A stretch of DNA of 63,902 nucleotides, filler included, from Lama guanicoe (taxonomy: Eukaryota): the NCBI GenBank assembly GCA_013239625.1. It is 149 parts of 149 records of this genome, joined end to end, with 100 filler letters (N's around TTAATTAATTAA, not from the genome) between each part and the next. Parts side by side here need not be neighbours in the genome. Positions count along the whole stretch, not along the records: positions 36,897 to 37,226 come from PNXV01056472.1; positions 37,327 to 37,656 come from PNXV01056473.1; positions 37,757 to 38,086 come from PNXV01056474.1; positions 38,187 to 38,516 come from PNXV01056475.1; positions 38,617 to 38,946 come from PNXV01056476.1; positions 39,047 to 39,376 come from PNXV01056477.1; positions 39,477 to 39,806 come from PNXV01056478.1; positions 39,907 to 40,236 come from PNXV01056479.1; 141 more parts are not named here. One strand, 5' to 3'. The notes under the pieces were generated by a model. That model made no database searches and was not told the origin of the DNA. It saw only the letters and a program-made list of their open reading frames with translations. The position numbers and the translations under genes were made by a program. This document shows, in pieces, positions 36,797 through 47,976 of the stretch (position 1 is its first letter; each line of letters starts with the position of its first letter).

Positions 36797-39046
36797 NNNN
36801 NNNNNNNNNNNNNNNNNNNNNNNNNNNNNNNNNNNNNNNNTTAATTAATTAANNNNNNNNNNNNNNNNNNNNNNNNNNNNNNNNNNNNNNNNNNNNACAT
36901 ACTGGTAATTTATTATCCTCACTACTGCACAACCCAACTCACCTCCTATGTCCACTCTGATCCTGTTGCCTTTCACTTAAACTAGCAGGGGTAATTAGCT
37001 GAAAATTTGTAAATCTGGTTTTCAGTCACTGTGAACCTGATCTAAAACTGGCTTATTCAATTTAATGCAAATTTATAGCATTTGGGGGGAAGGGAGAAAG
37101 TATATTGCCTTCAATAACAGGACTCATGTATTTTTATGACTGAAAACACACATGATATTTATATTGTAAATGTATTAATCCTAATGTGTGTGATTGGATA
37201 GATATGTATTTAATAATAAAGTGATGNNNNNNNNNNNNNNNNNNNNNNNNNNNNNNNNNNNNNNNNNNNNTTAATTAATTAANNNNNNNNNNNNNNNNNN
37301 NNNNNNNNNNNNNNNNNNNNNNNNNNAATGTAAGAAAATCAAATGTATTTGAAGTCTAATTTGAATTGTTCTTCCCTCTAAGGAAAAAAGCTCAAATAGC
37401 TAGTAACCTAACAGTGTGATTTTTGAAGTTTGTAATTCAAGTTTATAATTTAAAAAGATAGATTTTTGGGCTGGTCAGGTGGTGACTGAGCCCAGCTGGG
37501 CATATGAAGTAGACATACTAGCAATAAAGCCAAACATACATGACTGCATGGCTGTTCTTAGCCAGCTTGTTGCAGAAGCTGGTAATTGTCCAGTAAATGT
37601 CAACATCTTCTCCTGAAAATATCTACCTGAAGGGCTATTCTGCCAGAAGATATGAANNNNNNNNNNNNNNNNNNNNNNNNNNNNNNNNNNNNNNNNNNNN
37701 TTAATTAATTAANNNNNNNNNNNNNNNNNNNNNNNNNNNNNNNNNNNNNNNNNNNNATATAACATGCGAGTGTACACCTTACATTCACACAATGTTAATT
37801 TTCAAATACATTTCAAATTTTAAGAAGTGACAAGGTGGGCTCCCCAGCTGCTGCTGTTACTAAGGAAGTGTCACCAGCACTGCTTTGGTCTCGCTCCCTT
37901 CAAATCTCATTGAGGGTCGAGAGACCCTAAGACTATTGGAAGATGACAGCAGGGCTGCCCTGGCCTTTTTGGTTCCCATCCTCCCCACCCCGCCATCAGT
38001 TGCCTGAGCTGGGAATTGTGGGGTTTGTAGCGCCAAGAAATGCCCAAACTTGAGGCCTGGGTTCAGAGCAAGTTTTCACTTCCCAGNNNNNNNNNNNNNN
38101 NNNNNNNNNNNNNNNNNNNNNNNNNNNNNNTTAATTAATTAANNNNNNNNNNNNNNNNNNNNNNNNNNNNNNNNNNNNNNNNNNNNCGGTGATTTGATGG
38201 TGTAATACTTAGACATTCTGGTTTATAATTTAATATATGGTGGACATCTTTCTATAAAAATATTTGGAGGCCTTGTTCTTTTTTAAAGGCTGCATTTTTT
38301 CTTTGCTTACAGTGGATATAAAGTTTGGAATTTTTTAATATTTTAAAACATTGAAGCAATGAACGTTCCTATGTGAGCATCTTGGAATATATATGCTATT
38401 GTCTCAGATAACTTCACTCAGAATAGAACTTCTGAATCAAAGAATTTATACCCTTATGCTTTTTGTGGCTGTTGCTACACTGTACCAATTTATGTTTGTT
38501 CATTCAGAAAATATGTNNNNNNNNNNNNNNNNNNNNNNNNNNNNNNNNNNNNNNNNNNNNTTAATTAATTAANNNNNNNNNNNNNNNNNNNNNNNNNNNN
38601 NNNNNNNNNNNNNNNNCTCCCCAAGACAGAGAGACCAAGCTGAGCGTGGACAGGCCTGTGGTTCCCGGGCCAGCAGAGCCGGGAGTGTGCAGTTAGCGGG
38701 GTCACTACGCGCTGATGCCACTACGGCCACGGTCAGGTCTGTGCGTTGTTCCCCATCATCGCGGGGCATGTGCCTGCTGTGCAGAGAGGTTAAGAGGGGA
38801 GATGGGGTCAGGCTGCAGTGTTTCCCATCACGGCTCCATCTGCCACCAAACACGGCGCGAGACGGTGACTCAGTTTCTTCATCCGTGAAATGGGGATTAT
38901 AGCAGCACTATACCTACCCCACTCCAGCTCACGTCTAAGTAAAATCNNNNNNNNNNNNNNNNNNNNNNNNNNNNNNNNNNNNNNNNNNNNTTAATTAATT
39001 AANNNNNNNNNNNNNNNNNNNNNNNNNNNNNNNNNNNNNNNNNNNN

Positions 39047-39376
39047 GGGAGCCTCCCGCCGGCCGTACCTGTCAGACGGATCTTGATGCTGGAGCCGTTC
39101 CTGCGCGTCCCGGGGTTCGACATCTCCCGCCAACGATCGGGCAGCCGCGGATCCAGCGCCGCCGCCCCCCGGCCCGGCCCGGCCCGGCCCCGCCGCCGCC
39201 GCCTCAAGGTTACGGCTCCGGGCTGGGCGCCGGGGTCCGAGCCGGGACACAAACTCCGCGGCCCAGGCGTCCGGGCGGCGGACGGATGGTCGAGCCGGGG
39301 GATCGGCCCTCGACCCGGCGCCCCCGACCTTCGCTCGCTCCCAGCCGACCCCAGTCCGGAGCCGGGGCCGCCGCCG
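39047..39376 (-). promoter_or_regulatory. SMURF1: SMURF1 CpG island / 5' UTR
   Basis: Very high GC and CpG with GCC and GGCCC repeats upstream of the ATG. Confidence 0.9.
39069..39123 (-). CDS. SMURF1: SMURF1 coding exon 1 (MSNPGTRRNGSSIKIRLT, 55 nt)
   Basis: Matches the recalled SMURF1 N-terminus; ATG at 39123-39121, donor ACAG|gtacgg at 39068; lies within a CpG island. Confidence 0.95.
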
Positions 39377-39476
39377 NNNNNNNNNNNNNNNNNNNNNNNN
39401 NNNNNNNNNNNNNNNNNNNNTTAATTAATTAANNNNNNNNNNNNNNNNNNNNNNNNNNNNNNNNNNNNNNNNNNNN

Positions 39477-39806
39477 TTAACATTGATAATTTGACCTCTT
39501 CCATGAATCATAGATGTTCTTAATGACATCCAAAACGGTGAAGTCTTTCCAGAGACTTTTCAACTGTCTTGGTCCAGGTCCATCAGAGGAATCACTATCT
39601 ACAGCAGTTACAGCATCACAAAATGTGTTTCTTAGATAATAAGACTAGAAAGTCAAAAATCACTCTTTAATCCACAGGCTGCAGAGTGGATTTTGTGTTA
39701 GCAGATATGAGAATGTGCATCTCACTGTCCATCTCCATCAGAGCCCCTGGGTGACCAAGTGCACTGTCAATGAGCAGTAATACTTTGAAAGGAATTACTT
39801 TTTTTT
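39477..39806 (-). mobile_element. Tigger1 transposase DDE-region fragment
   Basis: ccatgaatca...ccatcagaggaatcactatct...gggtgaccaagtgcactgtcaatgagcagtaatac is antisense of the Tigger1 LLIDNAPGH region. Confidence 0.93.
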
Positions 39807-40766
39807 NNNNNNNNNNNNNNNNNNNNNNNNNNNNNNNNNNNNNNNNNNNNTTAATTAATTAANNNNNNNNNNNNNNNNNNNNNNNNNNNNNNNNNNNNNN
39901 NNNNNNAAGTGCTAAACACCATCAAAAGTAAGAAAAGCAAGCAAGAGAGGGCTAAGTGGAGGATGGGGGAGGGACAGCAGGGGCTGTTTCTGGGTGTGTG
40001 AGCCTGGGCAGTGGCTTGGCCTCTCTGTGCCCCAGCTGTTTCATGTACAAAGTACGCCAGACGAGCCTCCCTCTCAAGACCTTGAGAGGGTTAATGAGAT
40101 GACTCTGTGCAGACAGTTCGAACAGTCTGTTAGGTCCCTAATTGGGGCTTCCCTCATTTCTGCTCCCAGAGGGAGACGTTATCCCTCGGGTGCTGACATA
40201 GGACCTTTCAGGAGTGCTTAACTGTTCTCCTGGTTANNNNNNNNNNNNNNNNNNNNNNNNNNNNNNNNNNNNNNNNNNNNTTAATTAATTAANNNNNNNN
40301 NNNNNNNNNNNNNNNNNNNNNNNNNNNNNNNNNNNNTTCCATTTTAATCGTCTCAGGAGGCAGCCTTGGTTTAGTAGGAAAAAAACAGGTAACACGAAAT
40401 CATGTAGATGTTATTTCTGTTAGCATTTCCCTCTCCTAAACGTTCTGTGCTCCTGAGAATGTCACTACCTCCCGGCTGGAGTTCCGTCACTATTTTTCTC
40501 ACGCCCAGCTCACAGATGGCAAGGTGTGGTTATTAAGGGCACAGCCTCTGGGAATGGTCTGCCACTAACAAACCCGTAAATTTAAAGAGTGAGTTAAACT
40601 CTCTGAGCCCCAAGGCAAACATCTAGGAAAGGAGGTTAAGGATAGTCTTTATTGCATGTGATTTTCNNNNNNNNNNNNNNNNNNNNNNNNNNNNNNNNNN
40701 NNNNNNNNNNTTAATTAATTAANNNNNNNNNNNNNNNNNNNNNNNNNNNNNNNNNNNNNNNNNNNN

Positions 40767-41096
40767 GCGGCGCGGCCGGGCGCTGGGGCGAGGGCTGCGC
40801 TCGCCGCGCGCTGCGCTCCTGCACACCTGCTCCCGGGCGCCGCGCCCAACGCTGCGGCCAGAGCGGGCCGGCGGGGCTGCAGCCCAGGTGCGCCGTCAGC
40901 TCAGGCGGCCGCCGGCAGGTCGGCAGGTGGACAGAGCCGCAGACGCGGGCGTGAGCTCATCCCGGGCACCCGGAGCCCCGAATGCGCAGCAAGCGGCCTC
41001 CCGTGCGCCAGCCCTCAGCCTCCACATCCAGGCAGCAGGCGGGCGGGCAGGCTCATCTTTCCTCTCCTGCGGCCCGAATCACATTGATCCCTCGCT
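40767..41096. promoter_or_regulatory. CpG island, probably the 5' UTR/first exon of an unidentified gene
   Basis: Very high GC and CpG; no recognisable coding frame. Confidence 0.75.
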
Positions 41097-41196
41097 NNNN
41101 NNNNNNNNNNNNNNNNNNNNNNNNNNNNNNNNNNNNNNNNTTAATTAATTAANNNNNNNNNNNNNNNNNNNNNNNNNNNNNNNNNNNNNNNNNNNN

Positions 41197-41526
41197 AAAA
41201 AAAAAAAGCAGAAATTAACAAGTGTTGGTGATGTTGTGGAGAAATTGGAACCCTCTTACACTATGGAAAGTAATGTAAAATGATGCTGGCTCTATAGAAA
41301 ACAGCGTGGGGTTTTCTTAAAAAGTTAAAAAGTGAACTACCATATGATCCAGCAATCCCACTTCTGGGTATTTATCCAAAAGAACTGAAATCAAGATCAA
41401 AAAGGGGTACCTGCATTCCCGGGTTCACTGCTGCACAATTCACAATAGCTAAGGGTTGGAAACAACCTAAACGTCCATCAGTGGATGAACGTATAAAGAA
41501 CATGTGGTTTATAAATACAACAGAAT
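41197..41526 (+). mobile_element. L1M ORF2 C-terminal fragment
   Basis: aacaagtgttggtgatgttgtggagaaattggaaccct...catatgatccagcaatcccacttctgggtatttatccaaaagaa. Confidence 0.93.
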
Positions 41527-41729
41527 NNNNNNNNNNNNNNNNNNNNNNNNNNNNNNNNNNNNNNNNNNNNTTAATTAATTAANNNNNNNNNNNNNNNNNN
41601 NNNNNNNNNNNNNNNNNNNNNNNNNNCACTGAAATTGTTTTTTGAATGAATGTTTGAAAATGCTTTTTATTTAAATATGTGGTAATGGGTTATTTTGAAT
41701 AGTAGAATATATATATTTTTTCTTTCCAG

Positions 41730-41895
41730 CCTAATATTGATGTGCAGGAGCCTGTCAACTTTTTGGAGTCTGAATTTGATAGAGGAATTCCAGACAATTA
41801 CACACTGGCTCTTGTAACTTATGCGCTGTCATCTGTGGGGAGCCCTAAAGCCAAGGAAGCTTTGAATATGCTGATGGGGAGAGCGGAACAAGAAG
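41730..41895 (+). CDS. CD109: CD109 internal exon (thioester/A2M family), 166 nt
   Basis: ttttctttccag|CCT... encodes PNIDVQEPVNFLESEFDRGIPDNYTLALVTYALSSVGSPKAKEALNMLMGRAEQE, then G|gtaac. Matches recalled CD109, with canonical splice sites on both sides. Confidence 0.92.
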
Positions 41896-42056
41896 GTAAC
41901 GTGGGGACCCGTTACGCGTCATGAAACATGTACGCGATGGGAGCAGGTTTTGTAAANNNNNNNNNNNNNNNNNNNNNNNNNNNNNNNNNNNNNNNNNNNN
42001 TTAATTAATTAANNNNNNNNNNNNNNNNNNNNNNNNNNNNNNNNNNNNNNNNNNNN

Positions 42057-42245
42057 TGCAAGGAGTACAGCTCTCAAAGCTGGAGAAGGCAAAGATTAGA
42101 TTCTAGCCCAGAGCTTCAGAGGGAGCTTGGCCCTGACGACACTTTGGTTTAGGCGTAGTTAGCTTTGTATTCATTTGAACCACCAACTGTGTGTTGTTTT
42201 AAACCCCAAATTTGTGGTCATTTGTTACGCACCATAGGCTACTGA
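42057..42245 (+). mobile_element. MaLR LTR (MLT1-like) 3' part
   Basis: aagctggagaaggcaaag...cagagcttcagagggagcttggccctgacgacactttg...gtgttgttttaa...tttgtggtcatttgttac. Confidence 0.8.
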
Positions 42246-42916
42246 GAGAGCAAAGCTCCTCTTGGGAGGTGACCATTACTCTTATGAAGGAGATGGGGTC
42301 TCCCTGAACAGCAGACATTCTCTGGGTGGATCTGAGCTAGGAAGAGGGATGTGGAAGGAGCTGGGGCTGTGAGCTGAAGGGTAGGGNNNNNNNNNNNNNN
42401 NNNNNNNNNNNNNNNNNNNNNNNNNNNNNNTTAATTAATTAANNNNNNNNNNNNNNNNNNNNNNNNNNNNNNNNNNNNNNNNNNNNCCGAAATTCTAGCC
42501 TGTCAACGAGGGATCTCTCATGGAAGCCAGGCTTCCAGTGTTCCCTGAATTTGCCCCTCATTTTGCAAGGACCTGGGGATCCACAAAGTTCCGTGACCCT
42601 GGGTCAAGGCCTAGCCGAAGGCAGTGTTTTTGCCTGGAGCCTGTCATACCAGGGGTGCTGTCATTGGTTTTCCAAGGCGATGTTGAAAATCTTGCTTCTG
42701 ATGTACCTGTCTCACATTCTCTCATCTTGCCTAGATATGGTTTCAACAAATAATTTAAAAAGTATACAAAAGAAAGAGTATTTAAACGCAATCAAGAAAA
42801 GGCCAAAAAAAAAAAANNNNNNNNNNNNNNNNNNNNNNNNNNNNNNNNNNNNNNNNNNNNTTAATTAATTAANNNNNNNNNNNNNNNNNNNNNNNNNNNN
42901 NNNNNNNNNNNNNNNN

Positions 42917-43246
42917 TTAGAGTTTTCTCTGGATATATGCCCAGGAGTAAAATTGCTGGATCATAGAATAACTCTATTTTTTTTATTTTTTAAGGAACCT
43001 TCATACTGTTATCGATAGTGGCACAGGAGCATTACCACCAACAGTGTCAGAGCATACCATTTTCTCCACATTCTTTCCAGGAATTATTTGTAGACTTTTT
43101 CATGATAGCCATTCTGACCAGTGTGAAGTGACACCTAATTGTAGTTTTGATTTGTATGTCTCTAATAATTAGCAATATTGAGTATGTTTTTGTGTGACTG
43201 TTGGTCATCTGTATGTCTTCTTTGGAGAAATGTCTATTTAGGTCTT
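42917..43246 (-). mobile_element. L1 ORF2 C-terminal fragment
   Basis: ggatatatgcccaggagt...gccattctgaccagtgtga...tgtatgtcttctttggagaaatgtctatttaggtc. Confidence 0.93.
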
Positions 43247-44206
43247 NNNNNNNNNNNNNNNNNNNNNNNNNNNNNNNNNNNNNNNNNNNNTTAATTAATT
43301 AANNNNNNNNNNNNNNNNNNNNNNNNNNNNNNNNNNNNNNNNNNNNAGTTCCCCTCTCCAGTCATCCTCTTGCACACACAGAGTGAAAAAGAATGAGCCA
43401 TTCTGGCTCTGACCTCCCCCACACCTGATAAATGTGATGTAGCGCTTACAGGAGTTATAGATACCATTCTAATGGCCCCAGTACAATTCTCTACCAGTAC
43501 AAGCACACAAATATGATGATAATCATACTTTCCTTCCAATTTCTAATTGGCTGTAGCAACAACACACTTGTAGTGATCCATTTCAAGCAAATTTCCATAA
43601 CATCAGCCACTCTGTTTATTTCAAGGTCCACCTGCAGTCTTTTTATTCTATGGAAAATAATGGTGTTCCCTTTGTTNNNNNNNNNNNNNNNNNNNNNNNN
43701 NNNNNNNNNNNNNNNNNNNNTTAATTAATTAANNNNNNNNNNNNNNNNNNNNNNNNNNNNNNNNNNNNNNNNNNNNAGAATGTATTAACTTTCCTTTTTT
43801 GGTTTTAAAATGAACTTTGATTCTTTTTTTTTCTGCAGAGGAACCTCAAGAACCCCTGGTCGGGTAAAGCACTGTCAGCCCCGGGAAGTGCTGGTGGGAC
43901 CCGCGTGGCTGGTGAGGAGCCGCGTGACTGCCGTGGGCCTCTCCGGGCTTAGGGAGCAGCTCTGGTCCCTCTTCACACGTGTGGCTCAGACTCACCTTTC
44001 CCAGGGGCCTTTACTGCGAGGGGTATGTCCAGTGGGACAGGGCCACAGATACCAGCCTGGGGCCTCCATCTGGTCAGTGCCCCTGACTCTTGGGGAACAG
44101 CAGACANNNNNNNNNNNNNNNNNNNNNNNNNNNNNNNNNNNNNNNNNNNNTTAATTAATTAANNNNNNNNNNNNNNNNNNNNNNNNNNNNNNNNNNNNNN
44201 NNNNNN

Positions 44207-44536
44207 GGACATAAACTGGTTAGAACCAACCAGGCCCAAGATGGTGGAAGATTCAATTCCCAGTGGACCTTGAGCTTCAATAGACAATGAAATACAACAT
44301 CTGCTGAAAGGCACTCCCACAGGCGCCATGGCAGTTTCAAGGCTGACCATCAAATGTCAAAACTGGGTGATGGCCCAGGTCCTGGGAATCCCAGCCCCTT
44401 TCCCAAAATAGTTGAAATAATCCTCCCACTTGTTAGCATATGAAATTATCGAGCCCATAAATACTAAAAACCCAGCAATTCGTAACCTTTCTCTTGCTTT
44501 CTGAGATGACCCACATTCTGTCTACAGAGGGTGCAT
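44207..44536 (+). mobile_element. ERV1 LTR, MER41-like
   Basis: accaaccaggcccaagatgg...cactcccacaggcgccatggcagttt...cccctttccc...ataatcctcccacttgttagcatat follows the recalled MER41 motif order; TATA-like cataaata. Confidence 0.7.
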
Positions 44537-44636
44537 NNNNNNNNNNNNNNNNNNNNNNNNNNNNNNNNNNNNNNNNNNNNTTAATTAATTAANNNNNNNN
44601 NNNNNNNNNNNNNNNNNNNNNNNNNNNNNNNNNNNN

Positions 44637-44966
44637 AAAAAAAAAACCAAACTTAAAAGATATACATTTCAATAGTCCACAATAAAGCATTGGGGAAATA
44701 ACATAATTATAGAGAAGAAAAATTAGCAGTTTCCAGGCCTTAGGGATGGTGAGAAAAGGGATGGATGTTGCTTCACAGGACTTTCAGAGGGAACACATCT
44801 GAATAAACTCTATGGATTGTACGAATGTCAATTTCTTGGTCTTGCTATTGAACCGTAGCTGTGTAACACGTTAACATTGAGGGAGGCTGGGGAAGGGAGC
44901 ACAGGACTTCCCTGTACATTTCTTTGCAACCTCCTGTGAATCTGTAATTATTTCAAAACAAAAAAA
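44637..44966 (+). mobile_element. L1MC/L1MD 3' UTR fragment
   Basis: aatgtcaatttcttggt...gttaacattgagggaggctggggaagggagcacaggacttccctgtac...tttgcaacctcctgtgaatctgtaattatttcaaaa. Confidence 0.85.
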
Positions 44967-46786
44967 NNNNNNNNNNNNNNNNNNNNNNNNNNNNNNNNNN
45001 NNNNNNNNNNTTAATTAATTAANNNNNNNNNNNNNNNNNNNNNNNNNNNNNNNNNNNNNNNNNNNNATCAACGGTATTTTTAAAATAAATAAAAATAAAA
45101 TTGTCCTCCAGCAAACAAAGGCTCTATACTGGAGGGAATTACACTGCTAAGAAATATAATGTTCTCCATTTCTTCTCTAAAGGGGATTTTGCATTTTGAC
45201 TTATCTTTAATTCCTCTACTCCATTCTGACTAGTGGGGTGAGAGGTCACTGTAGATGCGAAAACCACACACTCTCCTCTAATAGCGCAGGAGCATTGAAG
45301 TGGCCAGAACTGGGTTAGAACGCAGAGGCGTCCTTCTCTGTGTTCTTGTACTCTCCCGCTTCTTCTCCAGATCTGGGACGCCTTCCAGCAAGGAGCNNNN
45401 NNNNNNNNNNNNNNNNNNNNNNNNNNNNNNNNNNNNNNNNTTAATTAATTAANNNNNNNNNNNNNNNNNNNNNNNNNNNNNNNNNNNNNNNNNNNNTAAA
45501 TTACTATGCTTGGGAGAGAAAGGTGATTTATTTAACTTTCTCAATACCTGTGTGTATAATTAATTTATGACAAACATTCACATGTAATATTTCTCTCCAG
45601 GAGATCAGTCTTACATTTTTCTGTTGACAGCACTATGATTTTTTGATAAGGCCACGTTTTAAATATCCACAGAAGTCATGTCACAGGAAGGAAAATGAAG
45701 TTTTGTTCCAAAGAACTAAACAAACAGTAAGGAATCAGCCCCTCCCTCCCCAGCCTTCCCCACTAGCTGACAGGACAGCACGTCTGTCTCGCTTTTTCTT
45801 ATTTTTCCCCCATTTCCCCTTCCTTTNNNNNNNNNNNNNNNNNNNNNNNNNNNNNNNNNNNNNNNNNNNNTTAATTAATTAANNNNNNNNNNNNNNNNNN
45901 NNNNNNNNNNNNNNNNNNNNNNNNNNTCCTGCCTTCTGTGGTTTTGGCCCTGTTGTCATCCATGATTGATGGGATGGGTTATATTGAAGATGGATCCTAG
46001 CTTCTGGCTTGTGCACCTGACTGTATATTGGCATTATTCACTAAGGTTAATAATACAGAGGAAGAACAGTTTGGGAGGGAAATGTTTAATTCAGTTATGG
46101 GCATGTTGAGTTTAAGACAATGTCAGGCACCCACATCCTGTTTTGAATAGGCAGTGAAAATTAAAAGCAGATGGTAAGCAAAGTTACGAGTGTGCATGGA
46201 ATTACTTACAAAGACATAAAGAAACTGAAAAGGGCCTATCACCCAGCATTGAAGGANNNNNNNNNNNNNNNNNNNNNNNNNNNNNNNNNNNNNNNNNNNN
46301 TTAATTAATTAANNNNNNNNNNNNNNNNNNNNNNNNNNNNNNNNNNNNNNNNNNNNAAAAAAAAACCTTACATAGAGTAGGTGCTTAGTAAATATTAGTT
46401 AATTTCAGTTGATGGCAGGTATAGATTTTTAAAGTGAATTAATAATGTTCTTTGTCAGGAAGATAAAGTCTGCAGCCAACTCTTTCACAAGAAATGAACC
46501 TTTTACTGGCAATTATTATAATTTTAAATTTGAGTCTGTCAGAAACCTTCAAACATGTTAAACCTCTGTTTTCATTACAAAAAAAAATCTTAATTTTTTT
46601 AGGGAGCAGTGTACTTCTTATACATGTAAAACAAAAGTTGAATAGAAGTACCCTGTTGGAAATAGTCTGCAGGAACCAACTTTCACNNNNNNNNNNNNNN
46701 NNNNNNNNNNNNNNNNNNNNNNNNNNNNNNTTAATTAATTAANNNNNNNNNNNNNNNNNNNNNNNNNNNNNNNNNNNNNNNNNNNN

Positions 46787-47116
46787 GGGCCGGCCCTCAC
46801 CTGTTCTGCCCTCTCGTGTGTCTGCACTCTCCTGGGCCTGCTCCTTCCTGTGGTGGCATACTCCTATCTCTGCACACTCCTGGGCCTGCCCTCTCCTGTG
46901 CCTGCACACTCCTTGGCCTGCACACTGCTGTGCATGCCCCCACTTCGGCCAGCCCTCTCTTGGGCCTGCACACTCCTGGGCTTGCCTCCAATTGCACGTG
47001 CCCTCTCCTGGGCCGGCCCCACCTGTCCTGCCCTCTCCTGTGTCTGCTGTCTCCTGGGCCTGCACTTTCCTGGGCCCGCACACCCCTGGGCTTGCACACT
47101 CCTGTGTCTGCACATC
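46787..47116. repeat. 16-bp minisatellite (consensus TGCACACTCCTGGGCC), about 20 degenerate units
   Basis: Units such as tgcacactcctgggcc, tgccctctcctgtgcc, tgcacactccttggcc and tgcactttcctgggcc in tandem. Confidence 0.9.
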
Positions 47117-47646
47117 NNNNNNNNNNNNNNNNNNNNNNNNNNNNNNNNNNNNNNNNNNNNTTAATTAATTAANNNNNNNNNNNNNNNNNNNNNNNNNNNN
47201 NNNNNNNNNNNNNNNNAGGGATCAAATGAGTTAATACACATAAAATACAGTAGGACTATGGCTGGTATATATAAGTGCTCAATAAATACTACCTGTGGTC
47301 CTGCAATGGTGCTAAAGAACCAATCTATTTCATATTTCCAGAAGTCTTATTATGAAGATACAATTAACTTGAAAATTTACATAATAAGTCATTCTAGTGA
47401 TGAAGAAAACTTGGTTTAGAAAGTTTAAATCACTTTGTTAACCTAAAAACCATACAGCTAATAATTGGAATGCCTGGGTTTGAACCTGAGATTTGTATAA
47501 CTTTGGACTATAGAGATTTCCAAACCATCATCATCATCATCATCATNNNNNNNNNNNNNNNNNNNNNNNNNNNNNNNNNNNNNNNNNNNNTTAATTAATT
47601 AANNNNNNNNNNNNNNNNNNNNNNNNNNNNNNNNNNNNNNNNNNNN

Positions 47647-47976
47647 CCATGTCATCTGTAAATAAGATGTTATTTCTATATGCCTTTAACTGTTACTTTT
47701 CTTGTCTTATTGCACTGGCTAGGACTTCCAGTGCTATGCTGAATAGCAGTAGTGTGAGTGACATCTTGCCTTGTTCCAGATCTTAGAGGAAAGCGTTCAG
47801 TCTTTCACCATCAAGTGTAATGTTAGCTAGAGATATTTTATGTATATTCTTTACCAACTTGAGAAAGTTCTGTCTATTCTTAGTTTTCTGGGAGTATATT
47901 TTTTTTAAATCACGAATGAGTGTTGAATTTTGCCAAATACATTTTCTTCATCAATTTTTTTTTGTTATTTTTTTTT
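47647..47976 (-). mobile_element. L1M ORF2 RT fragment
   Basis: cttattgcactggctaggacttccagt...catcttgccttgttccagatcttagaggaaagcgttcagtctttcacca. Confidence 0.92.

Noticed and set aside
43839..43863. Possible 25-nt exon after a strong acceptor
   Set aside because: The donor (gtaaag) is weak, the length is not frame-preserving, and the peptide is too short to identify.
46739..47172. Six overlapping ORFs as a repetitive Cys-rich or keratin-associated protein
   Set aside because: Explained by a stop-free 16-bp minisatellite; no frame is preferred.
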